64,000 nucleotides of DNA from an uncultured virus (IMG/VR IMGVR_UViG_3300042864_000556) (IMGVR_UViG_3300042864_000556), one strand, 5' to 3'. Positions 9,615 through 18,879 are shown, counted from the first letter of the stretch. Notes: generated by a model from the letters alone, not told the origin. Program-made: numbers and translations.

Positions 9615-9679
9615 CGTTTTGCAGCTACACGCTGTGAGCGTTGGAATGAGGGAGGAAAAATAGCGTGTAGGTGATGTTA
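9612..9679 (-). repeat. attC-like site A1
   Basis: TAACGTTTTGCAGCTACACGCT...AGCGTGTAGGTGATGTTA. Confidence 0.75.
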
Positions 9680-9726
9680 TCGGCTGCCCTTCTTTCGGAA
9701 TTATCAAATTAAAAACAATAAACAAA

Positions 9727-9948
9727 ATGAAACAAACCGCAGTAAATTATTTGGTTAATGAGTTAAAAAAATCAAAACATTTTCAAAGATTAATAAATGA
9801 AGTTAGCGAAAACAAAACAATCGTTGAAGACATTATTTTACAAGCAAAAGAATTAGAGCAAGAGCAAATAATGGAGGCACATTATGCACCTAAATACGGG
9901 TGCTTTTCAGAAAAATACTATGATGAAACTTTCGGTGATATTTCTTAG
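9727..9948 (+). CDS. Cassette-borne hypothetical protein (MKQTAV family)
   Basis: Between A1 and A2; similar to 16314..16580. Confidence 0.7.
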   Translation: MKQTAVNYLVNELKKSKHFQRLINEVSENKTIVEDIILQAKELEQEQIMEAHYAPKYGCFSEKYYDETFGDIS

Positions 9949-9957
9949 GGTTGCCGA

Positions 9958-10044
9958 TAACGTTTTGCGGCTTGGCGAAGGCTGCCTAACGGATGCTCAA
10001 TTTTCGAACGAAACTTTATGGCAGCTTTTGCCAAACCGCTGTTA
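9958..10044 (-). repeat. attC-like site A2
   Basis: TAACGTTTTGCGGCTTGGCGAAGGCTGCC...GGCAGCTTTTGCCAAACCGCTGTTA. Confidence 0.85.
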
Positions 10045-10085
10045 CCTGCTGGGCGGTTTATCAGTAGGAACTTAAATAAAAAACG

Positions 10086-10331
10086 ATGATTAAAGTAGCA
10101 AAAAAAGATTTAAAGAACATTGAAGTTGAAGTCAATAAAAACGGTGGCTTTACTGTATGGGTTCTTGAAAAGAAAAAAGTAAATGGCAAGATGATTACTT
10201 TCAAACATTGGATTATTGACGGGAGCTGCATTAAGGATGATGGTGAAATCAAACTGGGTTTACATGATATTTGGAAAATCAATGCAAAGTTTGACGAAGT
10301 AGAAAATGCTCTTTATGTAACGAGGTCGTAG
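10086..10331 (+). CDS. Cassette-borne hypothetical protein
   Basis: Fills the cassette between A2 and A3. Confidence 0.7.
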   Translation: MIKVAKKDLKNIEVEVNKNGGFTVWVLEKKKVNGKMITFKHWIIDGSCIKDDGEIKLGLHDIWKINAKFDEVENALYVTRS

Positions 10332-10340
10332 CCTTGCAGC

Positions 10341-10430
10341 TAACGGTTTTCGTATATACGAGGTACGTCAAACGATAAACTTCAAATTATAAACAAATGC
10401 TTGTATGTGTATCTTGTATATACGCTGTTA
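10341..10430 (-). repeat. attC-like site A3
   Basis: TAACGGTTTTCGTATATACGAGGTAC...GTATCTTGTATATACGCTGTTA. Confidence 0.8.
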
Positions 10431-10449
10431 GCAGATAGTAAAAATTATT

Positions 10450-10611
10450 ATGGAAGATATAAAGTTAAAATACTTAGACCCATTAACTGACAAGCAGAAA
10501 GAAGCAATTTTTGGTGTGAAAATAGAACATTTGACACCAAAGGAAATACTTGAAAAATATGGCGATATATTGACCAAAGAGCAAAAAATTGCGTTAGGCA
10601 TCACGGAATAA
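10450..10611 (+). CDS. Cassette-borne 53-aa hypothetical protein
   Basis: Hand-translated MEDIKLKYLDPLTDKQKE...ALGITE. Confidence 0.6.
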   Translation: MEDIKLKYLDPLTDKQKEAIFGVKIEHLTPKEILEKYGDILTKEQKIALGITE

Positions 10612-10620
10612 TTTTTATTT

Positions 10621-10666
10621 CGGATCGCAGCTATGCGCTCGTTTTAATGGCGCATAGGTGCTGTTA
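10621..10666 (-). repeat. Degenerate attC-like site A4 (TAAC end missing)
   Basis: GCAGCTATGCGC...GCGCATAGGTGCTGTTA retained; left TAAC absent. Confidence 0.65.
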
Positions 10667-10710
10667 GCAGATGGCACGGTTTAATTAGTAAAACTTAATT
10701 AGAAATACAA

Positions 10711-11016
10711 ATGGAAAACTCGAAACAAAGTGAAGCATTCTTTGAAATGTTCACTCAAGTAAGGAAAGAAATTGCAAACGAAAACGGATACCACTTAGCA
10801 ACTGCAATAATGAAAACTTTTGACAGGTGGAATATGTGGCAAACTGGTATGCCTGAATTTGATGGTAAATATCTTGCGTTAATTGAACATGAACAAGAAT
10901 GCAAGAATGTGTGGAAGTATCAAGAAATAGTCGATTGCGTCTTTAATAATTGGGTATTAAAAGACAAACAGAAAGTAGTAGGATGGAAAAAATTGTCAAA
11001 CGAAGACGGTCAGTAG
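10711..11016 (+). CDS. Cassette-borne hypothetical protein
   Basis: WQTGMPEFDGKYL...VVGWK; cassette ends GTTAGCAGATGGCAC / GTGCTTTCTGCTAAC. Confidence 0.7.
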   Translation: MENSKQSEAFFEMFTQVRKEIANENGYHLATAIMKTFDRWNMWQTGMPEFDGKYLALIEHEQECKNVWKYQEIVDCVFNNWVLKDKQKVVGWKKLSNEDGQ

Positions 11017-11026
11017 TGCTTTCTGC

Positions 11027-11097
11027 TAACTGCTACGCTATACGAACCTTGATTTATAATTCATTGAATGACAGTGCAAAAAGTATTGATTATAATT
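11027..11097 (-). other. attI-like terminal site of array A
   Basis: TAAC-TGCTACGCTATACGAAC-N35-GTATTGAT; aligns with 17316-17387 and 19136-19200. Confidence 0.7.
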
Positions 11098-11206
11098 TAA
11101 TAACAATGGAACTAAACCCAAAGACCAAAAAGATATTGTACGTTACATTTCTGACTACATTTCTAATCTACTCAGCTATATTATTTTTAACCTTAATTTA
11201 TAAACT

Positions 11207-11401
11207 ATGTTACAATTAACAATCGAAGAATACCAACAGATATTAGCGCAAAGAACAGCGTTAAAATACTACATACGCAAAGACTTTGACAAGGCTAAAG
11301 ATAGGGATTACTTAGAAGCGATTATCGAATCAGCGATTGAGCTAGGTATGCCACAAGATTTCATTAACGAAATGAAAAACGATTTAAGTGTAAAGCCATG
11401 A
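11207..11401 (+). CDS. Hypothetical protein
   Basis: ORF in operon context. Confidence 0.5.
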   Translation: MLQLTIEEYQQILAQRTALKYYIRKDFDKAKDRDYLEAIIESAIELGMPQDFINEMKNDLSVKP

Positions 11402-11577
11402 TGTACTGCCCTAACTGCGACAGAAACTACTCACAATCAGATTGCGAGGTAGAAGATTACCCAACATCACCGTTGGATGCTGACAAAGAGGTTTCTCATT
11501 TAGAATGCCCCGATTGCGGTGGTGATGTAGAAAGTGAAGTGGATGATAGCGACTATTGGGAAACTGAGTTTTTGTAA
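11398..11577 (+). CDS. Small Zn-finger protein (CPNC...CPDC)
   Basis: Hand-translated 59 aa; ATGA overlap. Confidence 0.55.
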   Translation: MMYCPNCDRNYSQSDCEVEDYPTSPLDADKEVSHLECPDCGGDVESEVDDSDYWETEFL

Positions 11578-11715
11578 ATCAAGGAAATAGTCTTATAATT
11601 GTACCGCAGTTCACTATGAAAGAATTAAAAACATTCCCGAAACATCATTGCCTATCGTGCGTTCTTGCACAAGTGGACTGCCTTTGATGGAGTAGGGTAT
11701 TTTATTTTAAAACAA

Positions 11716-11982
11716 ATGGAAAATGTAAAAGAATTATCTACTGAGTTTATCGGGAGAGGACAAGTTAAAGGGTTTAGGTTTACCCTTAAAAACAAAACTG
11801 AAAAAGGGTACATATACGAAGTCAGTACAGGCTATTCTACACACTTTGAAGTATTCAAGAAACGAATCAACAAACAATTTAATTGCATTAGTTACCCAAG
11901 TGACAAGGCGTTTGGTTTTTGGGCGTGGAGTTGTTCGGATTATGAAGGCGCGTTGTATAGACTGGAGGGCTTTGAGATATGA
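11716..11982 (+). CDS. Hypothetical protein
   Basis: Likely start MENVKEL; YPSDKAFGFWAWS motif. Confidence 0.6.
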   Translation: MENVKELSTEFIGRGQVKGFRFTLKNKTEKGYIYEVSTGYSTHFEVFKKRINKQFNCISYPSDKAFGFWAWSCSDYEGALYRLEGFEI

Positions 11983-12587
11983 GAGAATCGTTTTTAATCT
12001 ACAAGTCTTTTTACGAGCCTATAAAAGACCTTTCAAATGATGATTTAGGGCAATTGTTTAGGGCAATATTTGAATATCAATTATTAGACAAAGAACCCGC
12101 AAACACAAATAGAATATTCATGGCTTTCCAATTTTTCAAAAATCAATTTAGGCTTGATAATGATAAATATGAAAAGGTGGTTAATAAAAACAGAATCAAT
12201 GGTTTATCAGGTGGCAGACCTAAAAGCAAACAAAAGCCAAATAACCCACCGCTTTTTTTAGAACCCAAAAAAGCCGATAATGATAATGGTAATGGTAATG
12301 GTAATGTAAATGATAAAGAATTTAATTTAAATAACGATTTAGAAATGTTTGAAGATTGGTTAGAGACGTTCAACATGATGTTTAATAGAAATCACAGACC
12401 GATAAAGAAAGTAATAGCATCATACAATGCAAGGATAAAAGAAGGGTATGAACAACAAGAGTTGCTTGACGCATTAGAAAATGTCAAAAACAACCCATAT
12501 CACATTGAGACTAAATTCACATACATAACCCCTGAGTTTATGACAAGGGCAGATAAGATAGAAAAATATAAAACACACAACATATGA
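11979..12587 (+). CDS. Replication initiator/replisome organiser (DUF6291-like N-terminus)
   Basis: ESFLIY...LGQLFRAIFEYQ...NGLSGGRP, DNDNGNGN linker, TPEFMTR C-terminus; upstream of helicase. Confidence 0.75.
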   Translation: MRESFLIYKSFYEPIKDLSNDDLGQLFRAIFEYQLLDKEPANTNRIFMAFQFFKNQFRLDNDKYEKVVNKNRINGLSGGRPKSKQKPNNPPLFLEPKKADNDNGNGNGNVNDKEFNLNNDLEMFEDWLETFNMMFNRNHRPIKKVIASYNARIKEGYEQQELLDALENVKNNPYHIETKFTYITPEFMTRADKIEKYKTHNI

Positions 12588-14650
12588 GCATAGTTAGTAT
12601 ATATGAAAATAATAAAGACACCACAAGTCAATACACAATACCCGTTTTAGATGCACTATATCGCATTAGAGACGGCAAAAGTAGAAAAAGGATAGAAGAC
12701 CTAAGACAGATGGATAAAGTGTCTTATAATCAAAATAAAGGACTATTGCCATCAATTACCTTTAGTGGTACGTTTTCTAAGCGAAATGACAAGGATATGC
12801 TAACCCATAGTGGTTTTCTATGTATAGACTTTGATAGTGTTGATAATGTTGAGGTAAAAAAAGAGCAGCTATCCAAAATACCCTACATATACGCAGCGTG
12901 GATTAGCCCAAGCGGTGAGGGGGTAAAAGCATTGGTTAGAGTTCCACCAATTATTGAAAACCATAGAAAGCACTATCAAGCACTTTTGGAAGCGCATCCC
13001 GATATGGATAAAAGCTGTATAAACGAAAGTAGGTTTTGCTATGAAAGTTACGACCCGAACATTTACATAAACGAAAAGTCGGAAATTTATACTAAGACTT
13101 ACGAAAAGCGTGAGGAAAGGTTTGTTAAGAAAGTTGAAATATCGGAGTATTCTACAATATTTGAGAACCTTTTGAAATGGCAATCTAAAAACTCAAGGTA
13201 TTTTGAAAGCGGGAATCGTAACACGTTTGTTTTTGTGCTTGCAGGTGCGTTATGTAGGTACGGAGTCCCAATGTCAGAAGCGCAATACCTAATATCAAAT
13301 CAAATTCATGTAAACAATGACTTTAGTGAATCTGAAATGATTAAAGCTATTCAGCAAGGATATAAAACAAATAGCGGTAGGTATGCAACTGAGAAGTTTG
13401 AAACAGAGGAGATGTATGTTCAAACAATGGAGTTTAAAAGGGATATAGAATACTTTGAAACAGAGTTTGACTATAAGGATATAATTTTTGGCGATTTTGA
13501 CGGAGTTATAGACGTGTATGACAATGGTTATGGTTCGGCAGAAACTACCTACTATACCGAACTTGACAAACACTTTAAATGGAAAAGAGGGGATTGGACT
13601 TTAACTTCGGGCGCGGGTAATCACGGAAAGACCAGTGTTATGTTACAGCTAATGCTTATTAAGTCAATTAACGATGGTGTTAAGTGGGCGTTGTTTGTGC
13701 CTGAAAATATGCCGTCAAAATTATTCTACACAGAATTAACCGAGATGTTGGTTGGTTGTGACATAACCCCATCAAACCCACATCGCCCCAATAAAGACAG
13801 TATAGAACAAATAGCAGATTTTTTATCGGAACATTTTATTGTAGTTCATCCAAAGGAATTAGCACCAACACCACAGTATATAAAATCAAAGTTCTTAGGA
13901 CTAATAATGCACAAAGGGGTGAGTGGTATATTTATAGACCCATTTAATAGGTTAATGAATGATTATACATCCACATCGGGCAGAGACGACAAGTATTTAG
14001 AAGCGTTCTTAGCAGATATGAGTAATTTTGTAAAACACCATGACTTATATTCGTGCATTATAGCACACCCTACAAAACTAAGGAAAGTAGATGGAGAAAA
14101 AGACTATCCTTGTCCTGATGTTTTTAATATTGCGGGAGGTGCAATGTGGAATAATATGATGGATAATATATTGTTTTGGCATAGACCGTATAAGATTTCA
14201 GAGCCTAATAATCCATTATGTATATTCAAGTCTGCGAAGATTAGGTGGAAGAAAATAGTAGGGCATGAAGGAGAGATAGAGTTTATGTATGATTTTAAAC
14301 GTAGGAGATATTATTTAGATAATTTTTGTCCTCTAGATACAAATCCATTTAACTTTGTAGAAGGTGGTGTTATGTTTGAGGATGTTGTAAAAGACACAAC
14401 GGGCAAGCGGATAGAAACCAATCCATATAGGATGACAGATTCCGACCACAAGCAGATGTTAGAACACACATTTTATGATGTAAAACCGTTAAGCATGAAA
14501 GATTTTGCAGCAAGGCTTAAACAATCACTACAAAGGTATGGATACCCAATAAGTAAAAGCGCAGAGTTTAAGCAATATTACATACAAAACAACTATTTAA
14601 CTATTAATAACGGTATGTATTTTATCGAAACACCAAACAACGAAAATTAA
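12584..14650 (+). CDS. Primase-helicase (VirE-N/BT4734-like + PriCT + SF4 helicase)
   Basis: LPSITFSGTF, CIDFD, SPSGEGVK, GNRN; Walker A GAGNHGKT, FIDPFN, IIAHP. Confidence 0.85.
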   Translation: MSIVSIYENNKDTTSQYTIPVLDALYRIRDGKSRKRIEDLRQMDKVSYNQNKGLLPSITFSGTFSKRNDKDMLTHSGFLCIDFDSVDNVEVKKEQLSKIPYIYAAWISPSGEGVKALVRVPPIIENHRKHYQALLEAHPDMDKSCINESRFCYESYDPNIYINEKSEIYTKTYEKREERFVKKVEISEYSTIFENLLKWQSKNSRYFESGNRNTFVFVLAGALCRYGVPMSEAQYLISNQIHVNNDFSESEMIKAIQQGYKTNSGRYATEKFETEEMYVQTMEFKRDIEYFETEFDYKDIIFGDFDGVIDVYDNGYGSAETTYYTELDKHFKWKRGDWTLTSGAGNHGKTSVMLQLMLIKSINDGVKWALFVPENMPSKLFYTELTEMLVGCDITPSNPHRPNKDSIEQIADFLSEHFIVVHPKELAPTPQYIKSKFLGLIMHKGVSGIFIDPFNRLMNDYTSTSGRDDKYLEAFLADMSNFVKHHDLYSCIIAHPTKLRKVDGEKDYPCPDVFNIAGGAMWNNMMDNILFWHRPYKISEPNNPLCIFKSAKIRWKKIVGHEGEIEFMYDFKRRRYYLDNFCPLDTNPFNFVEGGVMFEDVVKDTTGKRIETNPYRMTDSDHKQMLEHTFYDVKPLSMKDFAARLKQSLQRYGYPISKSAEFKQYYIQNNYLTINNGMYFIETPNNEN

Positions 14651-14656
14651 AATAAT

Positions 14657-14878
14657 ATGAAACAAAAAACCAAATCACAGCCATACATAGGCAACATCAA
14701 AATTGGCAATCAATTTAGGATAAAAAGCGACAACAATATCATCGAGGTCGTTGACGTAAACAACAACATTGTCTGTAAATACATTGTCAGCGACACAAAA
14801 AAAGACCTACCCGTTACTTTTGGCGGTGACGACTTGGATAAAAAAGTAAAGTTTGGCTACTTTATTAAAATTAAATAG
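14657..14878 (+). CDS. Hypothetical protein
   Basis: ORF in operon context. Confidence 0.5.
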   Translation: MKQKTKSQPYIGNIKIGNQFRIKSDNNIIEVVDVNNNIVCKYIVSDTKKDLPVTFGGDDLDKKVKFGYFIKIK

Positions 14879-14907
14879 CCTAATTATCAGCAAGTTAAAA
14901 ATAACTC

Positions 14908-14948
14908 TTGCATATAAAATACTAACCACTATATATTTGTACCGTTAA
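14908..14948 (+). promoter_or_regulatory. Bacteroidota-type promoter upstream of the operon containing array B
   Basis: TTGCA...TATATTTGTACCGTTAA. Confidence 0.7.
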
Positions 14949-14959
14949 ACAATTAAAGC

Positions 14960-15187
14960 ATGACTAATTTATTCCAAAGATTGAAGCCCGAAGTGCGGGA
15001 AAAAGTTAAACTCTATTTAGGCGAAGGTTCGTTCCATTGGGTGCGTTTTAAAGAAGTGTTATCATCTAATACTAGCTACCTACCCATACCTTTTCAACTT
15101 ATAAAATGGATAGCAGACGCAACGGGCGAGGGTGATATGTTAGCTATTGAATTAATGTTTACTCAAGATTCACCATTTAATACTTAA
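14960..15187 (+). CDS. Hypothetical protein
   Basis: First ORF after promoter. Confidence 0.55.
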   Translation: MTNLFQRLKPEVREKVKLYLGEGSFHWVRFKEVLSSNTSYLPIPFQLIKWIADATGEGDMLAIELMFTQDSPFNT

Positions 15188-15363
15188 TAACATGAACACA
15201 AACAACTTAAAGCAATGCAGCGACATTCTTCGCTCGGTTTACCCAAAGCCACAAATCAGAAAAACAGTTGACCCCAACGAAGGGTTATCAGCAATGGATA
15301 GGCAGATATTATTTTATACTTCGCTTATGCGCACCAAGTTACTGTTAGCTAAAAACACAAGAC

Positions 15364-15738
15364 ATGACAGTTAGTTTGATACCATATTACTCAGTAGGTA
15401 GGGCGGATATATCCCGAATCAACGAAATAAAAGTTACCGCTACGTTGGATGATATATTAGATGCGGTGTGTTCGCATACGGGTCAAAGCATAGAATTTGT
15501 GGGTAGAAAAACCCGCAAGAGAGAGATTGCCCAAGCAAGGTATTTGTACTTTCATTTTTCGTGGATATACACCAATATCTCGCTAAGTAAAATAGGCGAA
15601 AAGGTAGGCGGATACGACCATACAACTGTCATACATGGGCGTGACCTTATTAACGACTTAGCCTTATATAACAAGTCAATAGCTAACGATGTTCAATTAA
15701 TTCATAACAAACTAAATAAATTTATATTATGCAGGTGA
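15364..15738 (+). CDS. DnaA C-terminal-like HTH protein
   Basis: TRKREIAQAR...SLSKIG...GGYDHTTVIHG. Confidence 0.8.
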   Translation: MTVSLIPYYSVGRADISRINEIKVTATLDDILDAVCSHTGQSIEFVGRKTRKREIAQARYLYFHFSWIYTNISLSKIGEKVGGYDHTTVIHGRDLINDLALYNKSIANDVQLIHNKLNKFILCR

Positions 15739-15920
15739 TACATAACGAAGACACTCGTAATTTAGACGGGGTAGTAGATTTTAGGGCTGTAATAAGCGCA
15801 AGTGGTTCGGCTGTTGAGATAACACACGAACACGGCACGGTTGAAGTTTTGCAGTACCATAACTCTGACGATTGCTTACAAGGTTTTAGAGTGATTAGCG
15901 ATAGGCTAAAAGGTAAATAA
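15729..15920 (+). CDS. Hypothetical protein; stop codon is the TAA of attC B1
   Basis: ORF ends GGTAAATAA-C. Confidence 0.55.
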   Translation: MQVIHNEDTRNLDGVVDFRAVISASGSAVEITHEHGTVEVLQYHNSDDCLQGFRVISDRLKGK

Positions 15921-15995
15921 CGGTTTCGGGCTTGGCGAAGTGGCTTTTGTGCGTTGGCTTGTGTGTCGGAAAGCCATTTTGCCAAACCCGTGTTA
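15918..15995 (-). repeat. attC-like site B1
   Basis: TAACGGTTTCGGGCTTGGCGAAGTGGCTTT...AAAGCCATTTTGCCAAACCCGTGTTA. Confidence 0.85.
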
Positions 15996-16068
15996 TATGA
16001 AGTGCCGACTTATTTACGATAAAGCTCAATTGAAACAATAAACAGAAAAACAAAAAGAAAAAAAAGCG

Positions 16069-16329
16069 ATGGAAAAAACAGCTATACAAACATTAATTGA
16101 AGACCTTAAAAAAGAAGGTTATCAAATGGACAATTTAGATGCTCATTATTATTTAGAATTAGAAAAAGTACAGAAATGGAATAATTTTTTAGAAAACAAC
16201 TTCCCTTTAAATGATTGGGATATTGTTGTTTTTAGCAACAAAAAAAACAAATATTACATTGAATATACGGATAGTGAATTTTACCAAAGATGTATTAATA
16301 GAAACTATATAAAATGGATGAAATTATGA
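16069..16329 (+). CDS. Cassette-borne hypothetical protein
   Basis: Within cassette B. Confidence 0.6.
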   Translation: MEKTAIQTLIEDLKKEGYQMDNLDAHYYLELEKVQKWNNFLENNFPLNDWDIVVFSNKKNKYYIEYTDSEFYQRCINRNYIKWMKL

Positions 16330-16580
16330 AACAACAAACAGCAGTAGAATGGTTAATTGAGCAACTAACTCCTTCAATATCTTTGCAACAAAAACATATT
16401 GATGAATTAAAAGAGAAAGCTAAAGAAATGGAGAAAGGTCAAATAGTCGATGCAGGCGTTTTTTCATTTCAACTAAATGATAAAACGCCTTACGGAATGG
16501 AATATCTAAGCAAACTTGATAATGCAATTTCAAATGCTGTGTATTATTATAATGAAACTTATAACAAACAAAATAAATAA
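16314..16580 (+). CDS. Cassette-borne hypothetical protein (MKQTAV family)
   Basis: TAVEWL...AKEMEK.QI...YYNETY. Confidence 0.65.
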   Translation: MDEIMKQQTAVEWLIEQLTPSISLQQKHIDELKEKAKEMEKGQIVDAGVFSFQLNDKTPYGMEYLSKLDNAISNAVYYYNETYNKQNK

Positions 16581-16851
16581 CATGGAAACAAGTAAAGAAT
16601 TAAAAACACCAACACAACACATGATGATATGGGTGTTGCAAAACTTTGAAAAAGAGTTAGAAAACGATATTGATAAAGACAAGTCGCTTGATGAAATATT
16701 TGACGAAACACTAACTTTTGAGCAACGAAAAATGAAAGAGTTTTTTATAGCTGGAATTATGCTTGGCTCTGGAGCTTATCAGTTAAAGAAAGAGTTTGAT
16801 ATAGATGTAGAATTTAAAAAGTTTTACTCAAAATTATTCCCCGAAGAATAA
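16516..16851 (+). CDS. Cassette-borne hypothetical protein (true start probably METSK, about 16582)
   Basis: Within cassette B. Confidence 0.55.
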   Translation: MIMQFQMLCIIIMKLITNKINNMETSKELKTPTQHMMIWVLQNFEKELENDIDKDKSLDEIFDETLTFEQRKMKEFFIAGIMLGSGAYQLKKEFDIDVEFKKFYSKLFPEE

Positions 16852-16877
16852 AATTACATAAATAAAAAATATCAAAA

Positions 16878-17240
16878 ATGAAAGCAAGCGAATTAAGAAT
16901 TGGAAATTTGGTTTATGTTAGTGATAATGAAACTAATATAATATTTAAACAAATTACTCCAATAAACATACATAATTTAATGCACTTAACAGGATGGGAT
17001 AAATCTCCTATCGATATTGAATTTGAACCCATACCATTAACAGAAGAATGGTTATTAAAATTGGCATTTAAAAAAGATGGAACAAACGCTATTTTTTGGA
17101 CTTTAAACAATGTTGATGTTTGGCAATTAAATGGGGTATATGCGAATGATTTAGATTTACCTATTCAATACATTCATCAATTACAAAACTTATACTTTGC
17201 ATTAACTGGTAAAGAATTAGACTATGAAGAAGAATTTTAA
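16878..17240 (+). CDS. Cassette-borne phage protein
   Basis: ELRIGNLV...PIPLTEEWL...HQLQNLYFALTGKEL pattern. Confidence 0.7.
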   Translation: MKASELRIGNLVYVSDNETNIIFKQITPINIHNLMHLTGWDKSPIDIEFEPIPLTEEWLLKLAFKKDGTNAIFWTLNNVDVWQLNGVYANDLDLPIQYIHQLQNLYFALTGKELDYEEEF

Positions 17241-17315
17241 AAGTGCGGTGGCTTTTTTCTTTTTGTTTTTCCTTCACGGATTTTCAATTGGAAACGGTCA
17301 GCAAGGCATTTCATA

Positions 17316-17387
17316 TAACTAATCGCTATGCGAACATTGAATCGTAAGTCATTGTAACATAGGCGTAAATGTATTGATGTGTAATTT
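17316..17387 (-). other. attI-like terminal site of array B
   Basis: TAAC-TAATCGCTATGCGAAC-N35-GTATTGAT. Confidence 0.7.
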
Positions 17388-17507
17388 GCACTAAAAGTAT
17401 ATAGCATATCATTCATTAACCAAAATTACCTTAATAAGGTATGAAATATCATACACGCTTAGTAATAATAGTTTTGTAATCAGCAACACTATCACTATAT
17501 TTGAATA

Positions 17508-18197
17508 GTGAAATCTTCCATTAAAAAGTACAAATGCCTATGCGGATGCGGTGAATCGTTTATCCGCTATTCGCTGTCGCATAAGTGGGTTAACTTAGAC
17601 CACAAAAAGCATTGGCTACTAAACACTATTGAAGGGCAAAAAGAGGTAAACAGAGTAGCTAAAAAGGCTGCAAAGGATAGAGAAAAAGCCGAAAAGAAAA
17701 AGGACAAAGAAGCTAAAGAAAAAACAATAAAATGGGATAAGCTACTACAAAGAAAGGTTCAAGAGATTGCAAGGTTCATAGACCACCTATTGCCATGCAC
17801 CGCTAAAAACGCCCCCGCAAAGCAGTATCACGGTGGGCATATATTCTCAAGGGGTGGCAATTCAAATATAAAATACAACCTACATAACATCCACATACAA
17901 TCAGCCCAATCTAATCACTTTCAAAAAGACGATTACGAACTAAAAATGGGCGTAGTAAGGGTGTACGGAAAAGATTATTTGGAATACATTGAAAGCCTAA
18001 AGAACACACCAACAACCAAGCACTCAAACATGGAGTACAAAGAACTATACAGCAAGGCGTGTAAGATTTCAAATAGGCTAAAAAGCGAAAATAAAAACTT
18101 AGAACAGCCTCGCACAATAGTACAAAGGCTGTCACTAAGAAATCAGATAAATTTAGAATTAGGTATTTATCAAACCGTTGACTATTCCCCAAGCTAA
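17508..18197 (+). CDS. NinG/Rap-like recombination nuclease
   Basis: RFID..LPC, HGGHIFSRG, KYNLHNIHIQ..N, YG.DY. Confidence 0.75.
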   Translation: MKSSIKKYKCLCGCGESFIRYSLSHKWVNLDHKKHWLLNTIEGQKEVNRVAKKAAKDREKAEKKKDKEAKEKTIKWDKLLQRKVQEIARFIDHLLPCTAKNAPAKQYHGGHIFSRGGNSNIKYNLHNIHIQSAQSNHFQKDDYELKMGVVRVYGKDYLEYIESLKNTPTTKHSNMEYKELYSKACKISNRLKSENKNLEQPRTIVQRLSLRNQINLELGIYQTVDYSPS

Positions 18198-18308
18198 AAA
18201 GGGCAATTCAAGTGCATCTTCACACTTACAATGCTTTCAAATATATAAACAATACGTTTACACCTATGGCTATTAGTAGCCTTATAATACCGTGTAATCT
18301 TGCTTTAG

Positions 18309-18620
18309 TCATAACCGTGTATTTATTAGTGATGTTTTGTCTGAGTAGCTTGCAAGCGATTTAGTTATAATATTCTTCTCGGATTCTGTTTTTATAAAGT
18401 ATTCGCACCACTCATATAACTCATCCCTTGTGTATATTATCTTAAACTTAGGATACCTAATTAAATTTTTCATAGCAACTTTGACGCCCGACTTATAACT
18501 ACCTACCCGAACACATTTAGCTGCTTCGTTTCCCCACATTATCAATATAGGCACGTCAGAGATTTTAGATATTTTTTTTAGGTCTACCTGTCTTTTTTGT
18601 GTATTTCTTTTGATAACCAT
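18309..18620 (-). CDS. Hypothetical protein
   Basis: ORF in minus-strand block. Confidence 0.45.
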   Translation of the reverse strand: MVIKRNTQKRQVDLKKISKISDVPILIMWGNEAAKCVRVGSYKSGVKVAMKNLIRYPKFKIIYTRDELYEWCEYFIKTESEKNIITKSLASYSDKTSLINTRL

Positions 18621-18879
18621 ATCTTCCGTTTGTTAGTTCTGCATTAAGAATTAAATTATTTAACGACACCACATCTTCATCGTCTATCTCTGTCATCGAA
18701 AATAATATACTTGCAATCATTTTATAGTCTTTTGATTTTAACATTTTAAGACAAGTGTAATATTTCCACCCAAACACGGGAGATGTTAACCCGTTCTCGG
18801 TGTCTATTAAAATATACCTTTTGTGGGTTTCGCTCAATTTGTAGAGCATTATGTTTTGGTTATTTCTTATTAATATCAT
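18565..18879 (-). CDS. Hypothetical protein
   Basis: ORF in minus-strand block. Confidence 0.5.
   Translation of the reverse strand: MILIRNNQNIMLYKLSETHKRYILIDTENGLTSPVFGWKYYTCLKMLKSKDYKMIASILFSMTEIDDEDVVSLNNLILNAELTNGRYGYQKKYTKKTGRPKKNI

Larger units (their letters stand above)
9612..11097 (-). mobile_element. Integron-like cassette array A (4 cassettes plus attI-like site)
   Basis: Hairpins at 9612-9679, 9958-10044, 10341-10430 and a degenerate one at 10621-10666; cassette ends self-complementary. Confidence 0.8.
15918..17387 (-). mobile_element. Integron-like array B (one four-ORF cassette plus attI-like site)
   Basis: attC at 15918-15995; ends GTTATATGAAGTGCC / GGCATTTCATATAAC; attI-like at 17316-17387. 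Confidence 0.8.

Noticed and set aside
9884..10075. ORFs spanning hairpins (also 21768..22031, 22668..22874, 24002..24187)
   Set aside because: Shadow frames overlapping better genes and recombination sites
12276..12314. GATAAT/GGTAAT repeat as origin iterons
   Set aside because: Explained as the low-complexity DNDNGNGN linker of the initiator
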